A stretch of 64,000 nucleotides of DNA from Azolla caroliniana (lineage: Eukaryota > Plantae > Polypodiophyta). The notes below the pieces were generated by a model. The model did not search any database and was not told the origin of the DNA. It was given only the letters and a program-made list of their open reading frames with translations. Positions 52,130 to 64,000 of the stretch are shown here, in pieces. The DNA is taken from contig JBHGNT010000004.1 in assembly GCA_043228905.1 (NCBI GenBank), positions 23,684,001 to 23,748,000 of the forward strand. The letters are read 5' to 3'. Numbering within the stretch: the stretch's first letter is position 1; every line of letters starts with the position of its first letter. The position numbers were made by a program, and so were the translations under genes.

Positions 52130-52304
52130 TTGAATTAGAGGTGTCATAAAAATAAATTGGCATCGCGATATTTGTTGGACGATAGTAACTATGTATTCTG
52201 AATCATCAATAATCTTGACGGAAGGCGGTAGCAAAATGTCACTAGCGGTTACTTTCTTGCCAGGACCAATTACAAACAAAAAAGCTTTTTGCGCTTCATT
52301 GGAC
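52130..52304 (-). pseudogene. rpoA: Plastid rpoA fragment
   Basis: [36 protein letters not shown] matches the RNA polymerase alpha GP..VTA.DI.LPP.V motif. Confidence 0.78.
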
Positions 52305-55300
52305 CCGGAAATCAATTATTCAGTCTACGACAAGGAGCTTACAACTATCATCTCTGCCTTCGCCGAATGGCAACCCTATCTCGTTGGGCCCCAACATTGT
52401 ATCCAAGTGTTGACCGACCACAAGAACCTCATCTACTTCACCACTAGTCGTACATTGAATTGGAGGCAAGCTCGTTGGTCATCTTTTCTCGCCGATTACG
52501 ACTTCAAAATCTTGTTTCGACCAGACATTCAACATGGGAAAGTGGATGCCCTCTCTCATAGACCAAATTTTGCGCTACGCCTAGGTAACAACGCATATTC
52601 TCAGCAATCACATTGTTTGTTGCAGCCCGATCAACTCCAGATGTTCGCAACCTACATGTTACATGATGATTCCTTGCTCAACGAAATCGCCTAGGCCACC
52701 ACATCAGACCTATTCGCTACCAACATCTTGGCATGCATCAACGACCCATCCCAGGGAATGCAAAGCTTGGATCTCAATCTGATTTTGTAATCTGATTCAC
52801 TTACAACTTAGGATGGGCTACTATATTGTAATCACCTCCATTACGTACCAATTGGAGCATGTCGCACTCGAGTCCTACAAAATTGTCACGATGATCCTCT
52901 TGTCGGCCACTTTGGAGTCGCGAAAACACTAGAGTTGCTATCTTGGGGGTTTTGGTGTCCCGAACCTTGGAAGTTTGTCAAAAAATTTATTAAGACGTGT
53001 GACATTTGTGCCCGCTCCAAAGCGGCTCACCATCGTCCATACAGCCTTCTCCACCCGCTTCCACTTCCCAATTGACCCTGGGCCTCTCTCTCGATGGACT
53101 TTATAAACGACCTCCCTTGTTAGTGGCCATGACACGGTGCTAGTGATTGTCGATCAGTTTTTGAAGATGATTCATGCTCAAAAACCATTTCGGGCGAGGA
53201 GACGGCGAACCTTTTTCTAAAAAATGTTTTTCATCTACAAGGCTTACCTAAGGATGTCACATCTAATCGAGGTCCTCAATTTATCTCCCATTTATGGTGA
53301 CAACTTATGCAGACATTCGGGACTTCTGTGAAATTGTCAACAACGTACCACCCTCAAACTGAAAGAGTCAACCAAATCCGCGAACAATACCCCTGGTGTA
53401 CAATCATCTACCAACAAGAGTATTGGGTGGACTTCCTTGCCATGATGGAATTTGCCTACAATAATAATATCCATGCCTCAATTAAGGTTTACCCATTCTT
53501 TGCAAACTATGGGTTCCACCCTCGTTTTAGCATTTCCATTCTTGTGATTTCCGTCGATCCGTAGACAAAGATGTGTGCCCACACTTTACAAGATGTCCAT
53601 CGTGACCTCTCCCTTGACCTCTGTGTCGTTGGCAAATAGTATAAGGATCACGCTAACCGTTATCGCTTGGTCGTGCCGACCTTTGCAGTCGGTGACATGG
53701 TTCTGCTGCTACGTCGCCACCACTCGTCCTTGCATGAAGCTAGACTACAAAAAGCTAGGCACCTTCCGTATCATCGAGCGAATCAACCCAATCGCATTCC
53801 GATTAACACTTCCTCCAACGTTCAGGATTCACAATGTTTTCCACGTCTCTCTCTTTGAACTATGCCATCCTTCTCGAATTACAAGACGACAACCTCCTCC
53901 ACCGCCACCCATGGAATTATCGTCAAGGGAGGAGTACGAGTTGTAGATCCTCGACTCCCCCTTGCATCAACGACATCTTCAACATTTGGTTGTATGGAAA
54001 GGTTACCCCATTTCGGACGGCACGTGGGAACTAATTACACATTTGCAAAATGCTCCCGAGCCCATTCGAGCTTTTCATCAACTATACCCACAGTAAAAAC
54101 CGGCTACAAATATTTGGAGGCGGCTCGGCCTTAGGGGGAGGATAATGTCATAGACATATGCCACGCCATGGTGAAAGGTAGGGATTGAACCTAAGACCTC
54201 CCGCTCTCCATTAGGCAACCCTACCAACTAATATATATCCAACCATGCATCTTTATATAAAATCCAACTTCATGTATGGTAGATTGAACATTGGAAGTTC
54301 CTACCTTGCATGCATTCTCTATTTCTAGCTAGCATACATACCTCTACCTTCTTATATAAATACTCAGGTGCACCTTGATTCCAATAAAGGTGAACAACAC
54401 CAATTATGGAATCATAAGTTAAGTTATTGTTCTTTTTCTCTCTCCTAGTTCTTAGTCTCGTCTTGGTTCTACTCTATCATACTCGTTCATGGTAGGAGGT
54501 GAGTAGGAAATAGCCATCGTGGGGACTAGTAGTTCCACCTCGAGCCATTTCCTCATTGCGTCACCATCGGCGTGTTCCCCCATTTCTACCAAAAGTGGAA
54601 GTCGGTAGTAACCACATTGTCGGAGTGGTTGCAAATCTCATCCAACTGCCCTCGTAGGTTGTTACTGATCGTCGCAAACCAAATACCCATGATCAATTCC
54701 TCAGAGGGGCATACCAGCCTATCTTAAATTGGTCTTGACGAGTTTATCTCTTGTGCATTCATAGCACCAACTACCTACATTGAAGGTGTTCGTCCAACTA
54801 TCAGTCGAGGGATTGATCCAGGCCGTTGTGCTCCACGATGTTGTCCCTTCCACTTTGTAGACAACTAGGGGGCGAGTCACCTTGTGCCATACCCCTTGAG
54901 CTTAAGGGCAATCCCAAAAATAGTGTCTTAGAGTCTCGATAGGTTCAAAACAGAGTGGGCAAGTTAATGGGCCTCCTCGTTTACCTAGCCATTCGCCAAC
55001 AAGGACCACGTTATGGCCGATCTGCCACCAAAATAGCTTGATCTTCTCAGGCGCGTGGAGATGCCAGAGACCCTTCCAGAAGGTACCGACCACCTCGTCA
55101 AGGATACCCAATGTTTGCCAACCATTGCGTAGGGGACCTTCCCGTTGCATTTGTATAGCTCAACCCAATTTAGTGTTGTAATAAAAGAAGTAGCATAATC
55201 TGCCACGGTCTTGTTTCCACCTGAAATCCCTTGGGTTCCATTCTAATTCTGCAATGGGGCAATTATCGTTGACCCACAACTTCCAGTGGGGTTCCACCTT

Positions 55301-56471
55301 AGCAATGTCAGGGTGCATCTTCCAGTTATATCCATCTTGCGCCACCACGCGGATCAGGTGCCAAGTACCACTACTCTAGCTCTCCCCAAATAATGTAGCC
55401 CCTCCAAACCCATTCATGCCCTTCAGTAGATTAATCGTTCTATCCTCATCAAAGAGACCGAACCATGTATCTCCTCTCGCATCCACTACCTGATCCCTAT
55501 CAACCGCCTCTGTTATCAATCTCCTCATTTTCTTAACTCCCTTGAGGGGAGAGACTAGGTCCTCCCTCGCCCCTCCAGGAGCCACCGCCTGTCTCCAATC
55601 ACCAATAGAATGGAGCTTTGTCTGGGCGAACTTTTCCCACCCCAGGCCCTTGAGTTTCCCTATCATCATGTTGTCACTTGTTCGCACTCGTGGATTCCAA
55701 AATAATGGTTGTCTAGTATATTCGATTAATGCCTCCGGGGTGTGCTTGACCAAATGTTGTCGCATGTGACACCATGCCTGCAAGATGGAGTTCGTTACCC
55801 TGTCCTTTGGGTGACATGCCATCTTGGGTGGGACTCCATTCGTGCAACACCAGTTCAAAGAGTCATGCCAAGGCCTACCATGCTTGGGAGTTCCTGCTTG
55901 CAACCTATTAGGAAGGAATACCTTCCAGCACTCCTTACCTAGCAAGAGGCACTGAACCACCATTTTTGTGAGCCATGCTTGGCTCTAAATTAAGGGGTCT
56001 ATGAGGCCAAGTTCCCCTTTGGCCCGCGGTTGCGTTAACTAGTTCCATGACACTCTGGCGGCCACTGTTGTTTGTCCTTACCTGACCATATAAACCCCTT
56101 GATGGCGGCCTTAATCACATGCATACTTGGAGAGGAAATTTGTCACGTAAGAAGAATGATTTGAACCCATGACTTTGGATTAATAATTCAACAACTTATG
56201 AACAAGCTAAGTACTTGAAATGAGAAAACATCAATTATGGAGGCTCACTAGAGTTTTGAAAAGACAATCGATGTTATCTAGGCAATGTGTCTTGGTAGTT
56301 ATCTTAGAATTGAAGTGTCCTTAGCATCACAAGTGCTCAAATACTTTCTCGAGGATTTTTTTCACAATTTATTTACTCAAGTTAAATCCAATAGAGTTTA
56401 TGGCAAAATGTATACACAATATTAATAATAATAACTAATGAGAAATTGTCTGTCAATGACTCATCAGCATC

Positions 56472-56836
56472 CATAGTTCCTAATATTCGCGTACATCCAA
56501 TTTACTGGACGTACGCGAACGTTTGCAAACGTACGTGTATGATACGCGATATTCATTTGGGTTTTTTTTTTGGGGGGGGGGGGTTTAATTTTTTATATTC
56601 ATAATTCTTTGTGAATAGAAATGACTTCTGACACACGCACTCTCTCTCTCTCTCACGAGAACTAACAGATCTTCTCTCTCTACAAAATCTAGATATCTAA
56701 TATACATATTACACACTCCCTCACACAAACAAAACCCATAACTCCTCTCTCTCTCTCTCTCTCTAGAGTCTAGATATACACTCAACCATTGTCTCCTCAC
56801 ACATGCAAAATAGGGCTTCTCTCTCTAGACCACACA

Positions 56837-56883
<47 letters not shown>

Positions 56884-57303
56884 GCACACGCACGCATGCA
56901 CGCACAATGTAAACCATATGTATATATCTATGTACCGCGTACATAGTTCCTAATATTCGCATACGTCCAATTTACTGGACGTACACGAACGTTTGCAAAC
57001 GTATGTGTATGATACACGATATTCATTTGGGTTTTTTTTTGGGGGGGGGGTTTAATTTTTTATATTCATAATTCTTTGTGAATAGAAGTGACTTCTGATA
57101 CACGCACTCTCTCTCTCTCTCACGAGAACTAACAGATCTTCTCTCTCTACAAAATCTAGATATCTAATATACATATTACACACTCCCTCACACAGACAAA
57201 ACCCATAACTCCTCTCTCTCTCTCTCTCTCTAGAGTCTAGATATACACTCAACCATTGTCTCCTCACACATGCAAAACAAGGCTTCTCTCTCTAGACCAC
57301 ACA

Positions 57304-57347
<44 letters not shown>

Positions 57348-57909
57348 ATGTAAACCATATGTATATATCTATGTACCGCGTACATAGTTCCTAATATTCG
57401 CGTACGTCCAATTTACTGGACGTACGCGAACGTTTGCAAACGTACGCGTATGATACACGATATTCTTTTGGCTTTTTTTGTGGGGGGTTTTTTAATTTTT
57501 TATATTCATAATTCTTTGTGAATAGAAGTGACGTCTGACACACACACACGAGAACTGACAGATCTTCTCTCTCTACAAAATCTAGATATCGAATATACAT
57601 ATTACACACTCCCTCACACAAACAAAACCCATAGCTCCTCTCTCTCTCTCTCTAGAGTCTAGATATACACTTAACCATTGTCTCTCACACATGCAAAACA
57701 GGGCTTCTCTCTCTAGACCACACACGCTCTCTCTCTCTCTCTCACACACACACACAAGTCACACACACACACACATTATGTAAACCATATGTATATATCT
57801 ATGTACCGCGTATGGATTTCAATCATACTTGGAGCCTTTTCACGTATGAGTATGATACGAATATTGGCGTTTGAGTATGACACGAATGGGACGTATGGCT
57901 AGAACTATG
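56472..57909. mobile_element. Non-autonomous hAT-type element with a triplicated left end
   Basis: Termini CATAGTTC...GAACTATG, 8-bp TSD TCAGCATC (56464-56471 and 57910-57917), three tandem units of about 440-470 bp each starting CATAGTTCCTAATATTCGC. Confidence 0.88.
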
Positions 57910-57917
57910 TCAGCATC

Positions 57918-60805
57918 TGACAAACTTCTAGCTAAATTAACAAGAGCTTCTATTCTCCTACATGAGATTGTCCAGACCAGAAGCAAGGATGCTCAAGAGA
58001 AGCTACAGAGGACAAAACGGGGACTAACAGCCTTACAACGACTCCAGCAGAGATACACGTCATGTATTTGGATCGTAGGACAAGTCGCCACGACCAAACA
58101 TGAACTTAGCATGGAGTTTCATGGAAGCATAGCGCGATGGATTCGAGTAGGGAACAAAACCACGAAGGAATTATTCCGCTCCAAAGGCCCGAGGCACGCT
58201 AGAACTGTGATGCGCAGCCTCAACCAAGAGGATGGAACGACCACTGAGGATGGCGACGAAATGAGGAATATTGCCGTAAGTTATTATAACCACCTACTTA
58301 CCGAAGACATTATAGCTACAGGGGAAGACATAAGAGAAGATATTATCCTCCAAAGCATACCTGAGAAAGTCACGCCAGAAATGAATACATGGCTCGTGTG
58401 TCCCCTATCAATCATCGAGATATGGGAGGCCCTCACTGATTTAGATGCCTATAGTTGCCCCGAAATCAACGGCCTCACCCTGCACTTTTTCACATGCCTT
58501 TGGGACACTATTAAAGAAGACCTCCTCCAGGCATATGAGGAAATCCTCACCTCTGGAAGGATGCCGGAGGAATTTGGACAGGGGATGATACATCTCATTC
58601 CTAAAAGTGGTGGGAATGCCAACGACATTAGCAAGTGGCGGCCCATAACTCTTCTCAATACTGTCTATAAGTTGCTCGCAAAAATCGTGGCACGCCGTTT
58701 AACACCACTTCTCCCTCAACTCATTCATCCGTCCCAGACAGGTTTCGTTAGAAATCGAAGCATCCTAGACAACCTCTTCTCATTCTGGGAAGCCATAGCC
58801 CTTGCCAAGCGTACCAACAACAAGGTAGCGGTGGTGCTACTAGATTTTGAGAAAGCATATGATAGGGTATGATGGAACTTTCTAGAAAGTGTGATGGGGA
58901 AACTCGGCTTTCAAGAGACATGGATCAAAGACATTGCAGGACTTTATAGGAATGGCAGCAGTTGCGTTTCACTGAATATCCTGATCTGTACGACAGGGAT
59001 GCCCACTAGCTCCATCCTTATTTCTATTATACGCCGAAGCACTCTCTTGCTTTCTCAACTCGCGGCATCTCAACCTACGTGGTCTTCCCGTACCTCATTC
59101 TCACCAAAGCATCCTGGATATAGAATTTGCAGATGACACAACGGTCTACTTGCAAGGGTACTTGGAAAACCTCCAAAAGCTAGAAAGTGGGCTAGTTGTA
59201 TTTTGCAAGAGATCCAATGCCATCATCAATTGGCACAAATCCTGCGCAATATGGCTCTCTCATGAAACACATCCGGCGTGGCACCCACATCCCACTTTCA
59301 AAAGGATCAATCAAGGAGCAAGCACCAAATATTTGGGTTTCTAAATTGGTTTCAACATACCGCCAGAGACTATGATTGCACCTGTTATCCATTCCATTTG
59401 ACAAAAATTGATACATTGGAGCTCGAAAAAACTGTCGCTAGCGGGTCGCATTATAGTGGCCAATCAGGTACTACTCACAACAATATGGTACAGTCTATCA
59501 TGGTGGACAATCTCCAAGGAAAGTATACATCAGATTCAACAACTAGTCTGCAACTACATTTGGTTTGGTAAGGAAGACCATGTAGCTCGCGCCAAGGTGG
59601 CATGGCCTATACTCACAGCGCCTAAGTCGAGAGGGGGATTGGGTCTTATTGATCCCCTTTCACAATCGAAAGCCTTACTTGCCAAATTTGTGGTGCAAGG
59701 ACTCCAACCAGGAAATGATTGTTGGAAAATGCTATTGAGGTTACGTTTTGCTTACTTTAGGCCACGAAAAGGGGTCAATTTGACCCCCCAAATGGGATGG
59801 ATTCTAAACATGGATATCAAACCTAGTTTCTCTCGCCAATTGGAGGGTAGATTCAATGCATCCATGTGGAAGGCATGGTGTGACATTCATCGAGGGCTCA
59901 AGTGTGATCAACCGAGATCCGAACCTGCCTAGCTCAGTCAATGTATCCAGTATGAAACCCATGTATCAAGGATGAATCTAATCAACTACCGGTATCACAT
60001 ATAGGGTTGTCATGGGGATACATCGTAGAGGTCCATGAAAGTATAGAATGTCGGCAACGGTTTATGTCACTACCACTACAAGATCAAGCGAACATACTCC
60101 ATGGAATCAGGGGCGGATGGACTATGAGATCGGAAATCATTAACGATCTACTGATTAGGGAATCTGCTACTCAAAGGACGACAATGGAGAAATGGATTGG
60201 CCACGAGGAGGGGGGATCTCTGATCCCGAGAGGTAGGGGACCACCAGACAGACTCGAAGGCTCTGAATTGCGAGACACTAAGACACCAACACATAATAAC
60301 ACAATTTGAGTACTTGCGTATACTGGTCATAAATACAATGTTGATCCTGATCCCATCAAAGTACAACCCGATTGGCAAATATGTACTCATGAAAACACAT
60401 GGCTATGTAAGGTCAGTTGGGACCCTTTGCAATGGACATGGCTACGTAAGGTCAATTGTGACGACACACTCTGTGGGGACTGCCCGACGTCCCATCGAAT
60501 ATGGCGGGGGGTTGGCCGCTTGTTGCAATTATGCCAGGTGCAAGGCTCAATCAAGTGGGGAAATATATGTTGGCTATCATGGCAGACTGCAATTGGCAGA
60601 TACGAGCATCAGGAGGAGGGGATGACTTTGGTGATAAAAGCACAAGAGGTCTTTTTCTCCTCCAGCGGCAATGTCCACTCCACTCCTCTTAATGATAAAT
60701 CTCAAGAGGTGTTGGAATTGGTCAACCCAATAACTCTTTGGATTCTATGGAAACAACGATGTAGGCGAGTCTTCTCCAACCAAACCACACATCCAACAAG
60801 GTTAC
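57918..60805 (+). mobile_element. L1-like LINE ORF2, degenerate
   Basis: LIPK...WRPITLLNTVYKLLAK...SQTGFV..RSILDN...LDFEKAYDRV, LSLAGRIIVANQVL, GGLGL, ITLWILWKQRC; cut at 60805 by a Copia LTR. Confidence 0.92.
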
Positions 60806-63800
60806 TGTCGAATACAAGTGTATAATGGACGTATTCACACTATCCTTTTGTATAGCTCAAGTTTGGGCCATTTGTGTAATTAGCATAAATAGTAGTTGCC
60901 CTAAGTGTGTCACTATATAAAGTGACCTTGTAACCTTTATGTAGGGTTGGGTTGTATTATTGCTTTATGGAATAGAAAGAGTCGTTTTGTGCCTCCTCTC
61001 TCTCTCTCTCTCTATCTCTGTGCAACGACCTTGAAACTGTCATACGCAGGTACTCACCCCAATCGAATGTTGCTTGATCTTCCGCATCGACACGGCCTTG
61101 TCTACAACATCTGGTATCAGAGCGATGCGGAAGATCAAGCAGCATTCGATTGGGGTGAGTACCTGCGTATGACAGTTTCAAGGTCGTTGCACAGAGATAG
61201 AGAGAGAGAGAGAGAGGAGGCACAAAACGACTCTTTCTATTCCATAAAGCAATAATACAACCCAACCCTACATAAAGGTTACAAGGTCACTTTATATAGT
61301 GACACACTTAGGGCAACTACTATTTATGCTAATTACACAAATGGCCCAAACTTGAGCTATACAAAAGGATAGTGTGAATACGTCCATTATACACTTGTAT
61401 TCGACACTCCCCCGTAATGGGCGTATACATGGGTTATCTAAGATTACAGGCATGAACCTAGGTTCTCGGACATATCAGTTTTGTTCGAGTCGGCAGGGTC
61501 CGAAGGCAGAAGACCGAACTGGTCGGGTCGGAAGAGTTGAAGCCGATCATTAAGGAACTGATGTCGGTTGTCGGAGACCATCCTGCGCTGTGTCTGGCTC
61601 TAACCGGACTGGTTTGTCGTTACGCCCATTTGATGCCGAAGGGACCGAAAGCGGTCTGCCGAAAGACACTTGGTCATTCCATCTGCGACATTGTCGGTTG
61701 TGGATATTTTCTCTAAACCGATTTTCCCTGAAATGACGCAGTCCCGAACGAAGTGATATCGAACGTCGATATGTTTGGAGGCGTTGTGGTGAACCGGATT
61801 TTTCGACAAGGCAACAACACCTTCACTGTCGCTATAGACAACTGGGGCCGAGTCATGGTCGACTTGTCGAAACGTGTGCGCCAGCCGGCCGAGCCACAAA
61901 GCTTCTTTTGCAGCGTCGGACGCAGCTACATATTCTGCTTCGGTCGTTGAGGTCGCTGTGCACTCCTGAAGTTTCGACTTCCACGAAATTGCTCCATTGC
62001 CGAATTTGAAGCAGTATCCAGTTGTTGATTTCCGACTGTCTATACAGCCGGCGAAGTCCGAGTCGGTGTAACCGACTACGCCTGTAGTTGAGTTCGGACC
62101 GAAAAGAATGCCGTGATCTTTTGTGCCAGCCAGATATTTGAACACATGCTTGACTGCGTTCCAATGCGATCGGCCAGGATTGTGCATAAATCTGCTAACG
62201 ACTCCTACGGCATGAGAAATATCAGGCCGTGTCGCGACCATCAGGTACATAAGGGAGCCGACTGCCGGTGCATACGGTACCGACTTCATATCTTCCCCCT
62301 CCGGACCGGATGTCGGGCAGTCTCGCTGAGAGAGCCGAAGATTCATGGGGAGCGGGGTTGAAGCAGATTTGGCTGATTGCATGTTGAAGCGTTCCAAGAC
62401 ACGTCCGATATAGTCGGTCTGAGACAAGAAAAGATGTCGTTTATCGCGATGCCGACTAATCTTCATGCCAAGGATGTGTCGTGCCGGACCGAGGTCCTTC
62501 ATGGCAAACTTCAACCGCAGTTGCCGAATGAGATCGGCAAGTTCGCCCGCGTGGCGTCCAGAAATTAGCATGTCGTCCACGTAAATGATGAGGAAGATGG
62601 GTGATCCATCTTGAGCTGTGTTGGTAAAAAGACAATGGTCCTCATCGCTTTTTGAGAAGCCGATCGATTGGATGAAGTCGTCGAACTTCTTGTACCATTG
62701 TCGCGGTGCCTGTTTGAGGCCGTATAGACTCTTCCTGAGTCGGCAGACTAGATGTTCTTGGCCAGTTGCCACGAAGCCTTTTGGCTGCTCCATATAAATT
62801 TCCTCTTCAAGATCACCATGGAGGAATGCTGTTTTGACATCTAGCTGAATCAGCTCCAAGTTGTCGGCTGCCACTACGCCAAGTAGAAAACGAAGGGTTG
62901 TCATTTTCACCACTGGTGAAAAAATCTCGTCGAAGTCGACGCCATATTCTTGTCGGAAGCCCTTCGCAACTAATCTGGCCTTGTACTTTGGGGTGGTCGA
63001 ATCAGACGTCTCTTTTAGTCGATAAACCCACTTGCAAGGAAGAGCACGTCGGTTCCTAGGTAATTCGACCAGATCCCAAGTCTTGTTTGCCCGAATGGAG
63101 TGCATTTCCGACTCCATCGCCAGATGCCAGGTGGCGGAATCGACAGATGTCGATGCTTCTTCGTAAGACGTCGGTTCGCCGGCGTCGATGAAGAAAATTC
63201 CAGGAGAATACCTCTCCGGAGGTTGCGACAGTCTCTCGGATCGTCGAGGTATGATTGGACTGGTCGCATCGGGTATCAGAGCCTGCATAGTATTCGGTCC
63301 TTCAATCCGCTGTCGGCCGTCGTCTCAGCCTGCACAGCATTCGGTTTCCTGCGTCATTCGAAGAAGAGAGAAGAAGAAGAAAAACGAGGCTTGCACCTCA
63401 TCGCGTTAGATCATCTTCGCTTGGAGTAAGCCAGCAGGTTGTACTCTGTTCCTTGTGATCGTAACCGCTCGAGGTGAAATCCCCTTGTGCAACATTGACA
63501 CGATCGTGCTCCACTCGGTTAAACGACATCCGAAGAGGTCATCAAACGCTGCTCGCCGCTCATTGTAACCACTCGGTGCAGATCGGTCTCAAGACAACAA
63601 CCCCAATTCGTGCTTCATCCGGCTGATCGACATTCGGGAGGATCAGTTGGATCCGTCTCTCTCGTCGCTGCAGTCACCCGAAGCATAATCGGTCCAGACA
63701 ATCGGTTTCAATAATCGGTATTTGGCATATATATTCGGAAGCGAACCGGGCTCACTCCAACTCGGCAACATTCGGGAAGACCAGTCGGTTCTGTCCCTCA

Positions 63801-64000
63801 GGTTACCGGAGTCAATTCGAGCAAGTTCAACAATACATATATCCGAAGCCGAACCGACTCGGGTTCAAATCCGACTAGAACGATATCGGGTGAGCCAACC
63901 GGCTGCACTCCAACAAGGTTCGTAGTCAACTCCGAACCGAGCTTCGTCAACCGAAACCAAATTTGATGACATCAACATCCGGCTCGTCAGAAATGAGTCT
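60806..64000 (+). mobile_element. Ty1/Copia element: 5' LTR, PBS and leader, carrying an inverted copy of its own 3' region
   Basis: LTR 60806-61109 (TG...CA), tRNA-iMet PBS TGGTATCAGAGC 61112-61123, inverted LTR copy 61123-61406 with an adjacent PPT, second GGTATCAGAGC at 63272-63282. Confidence 0.88.
61600..63288 (-). CDS. Copia reverse transcriptase + RNase H, uninterrupted ORF
   Basis: KARLVAKGF, QLDVKTAFLHG, LYGLKQAPRQW, YVDDML, YTDSDFAG, STTEAEY, KHIDVRYHF, ADGMTK. The first five or so codons come from the antisense PBS junction. Confidence 0.95.
   Translation of the reverse strand: MQALIPDATSPIIPRRSERLSQPPERYSPGIFFIDAGEPTSYEEASTSVDSATWHLAMESEMHSIRANKTWDLVELPRNRRALPCKWVYRLKETSDSTTPKYKARLVAKGFRQEYGVDFDEIFSPVVKMTTLRFLLGVVAADNLELIQLDVKTAFLHGDLEEEIYMEQPKGFVATGQEHLVCRLRKSLYGLKQAPRQWYKKFDDFIQSIGFSKSDEDHCLFTNTAQDGSPIFLIIYVDDMLISGRHAGELADLIRQLRLKFAMKDLGPARHILGMKISRHRDKRHLFLSQTDYIGRVLERFNMQSAKSASTPLPMNLRLSQRDCPTSGPEGEDMKSVPYAPAVGSLMYLMVATRPDISHAVGVVSRFMHNPGRSHWNAVKHVFKYLAGTKDHGILFGPNSTTGVVGYTDSDFAGCIDSRKSTTGYCFKFGNGAISWKSKLQECTATSTTEAEYVAASDAAKEALWLGRLAHTFRQVDHDSAPVVYSDSEGVVALSKNPVHHNASKHIDVRYHFVRDCVISGKIGLEKISTTDNVADGMTKCLSADRFRSLRHQMGVTTNQSG

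Larger units (their letters stand above)
48028..54494 (+). mobile_element. Full-length decayed Ty3/Gypsy chromovirus (Tcn1/Tf1-like)
   Basis: LTRs 48028-48461 and 54146-54494, TSD GGAGG, PPT AGGGGGAGGATAA. Gag EPTFSLPDKF, RT WKTAF...GHFEYKVMPF...VVIYLNDIL, RNase H ETDGS / NYSVYDKEL / TDHKNL, integrase and chromodomain, with many stops. Confidence 0.95.
47812..56140 (-). mobile_element. 5'-truncated L1-like LINE, split by a Gypsy insertion
   Basis: RQPLFWNP, FWKGLW..APEKIKLFWW, CPLC..ETLRHYFWDC. WLFPTHL continues across the GGAGG TSD to 48027; T-run at about 47812. Confidence 0.82.

Noticed and set aside
51756-52163. Functional nuclear rbcL fusion gene
   Set aside because: Only about 60 codons of rbcL with substitutions at conserved sites, inside a dead retroelement.
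60947-61265. Twin 102-aa ORFs on opposite strands
   Set aside because: A by-product of the LTR palindrome.

Overview
Land-plant nuclear DNA, probably from a non-seed plant such as a fern. That placement is an inference from the rbcL motif, an intron-less mitochondrial-type tRNA-Ala and a Tcn1-like chromovirus. The first 23 kb holds three intron-rich genes: an AGO1/10-type Argonaute (minus strand, 3' end off the left edge), Mog1/RANGRF-like (plus) and a LAG1/LOH ceramide synthase (minus). The remaining 40 kb is mostly nested transposable elements: L1-like and RTE-like LINE fragments, a young gag-only LTR element with a tRNA-Trp PBS and 4-bp TSD, a hAT transposon with several hAT-type non-autonomous elements, a decayed chromovirus with a Tf1-like self-priming site that contains an organelle-DNA insert, and a Copia element. 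Four observations stand out. (1) A U6 snRNA retrocopy is fused to a short tail that recurs at simple repeats elsewhere in the window, a candidate U6-headed SINE or chimera family. (2) tRNA-like A/B-box modules are embedded in LTRs. (3) The Copia element carries an inverted copy of its own RT-RNaseH-3'LTR inserted at a duplicated PBS, giving a near-perfect 600-bp palindrome. (4) There is a four-layer nest of LINE > Gypsy > mito/plastid mosaic > MITE. All calls were made by eye from the sequence, with no database searches.
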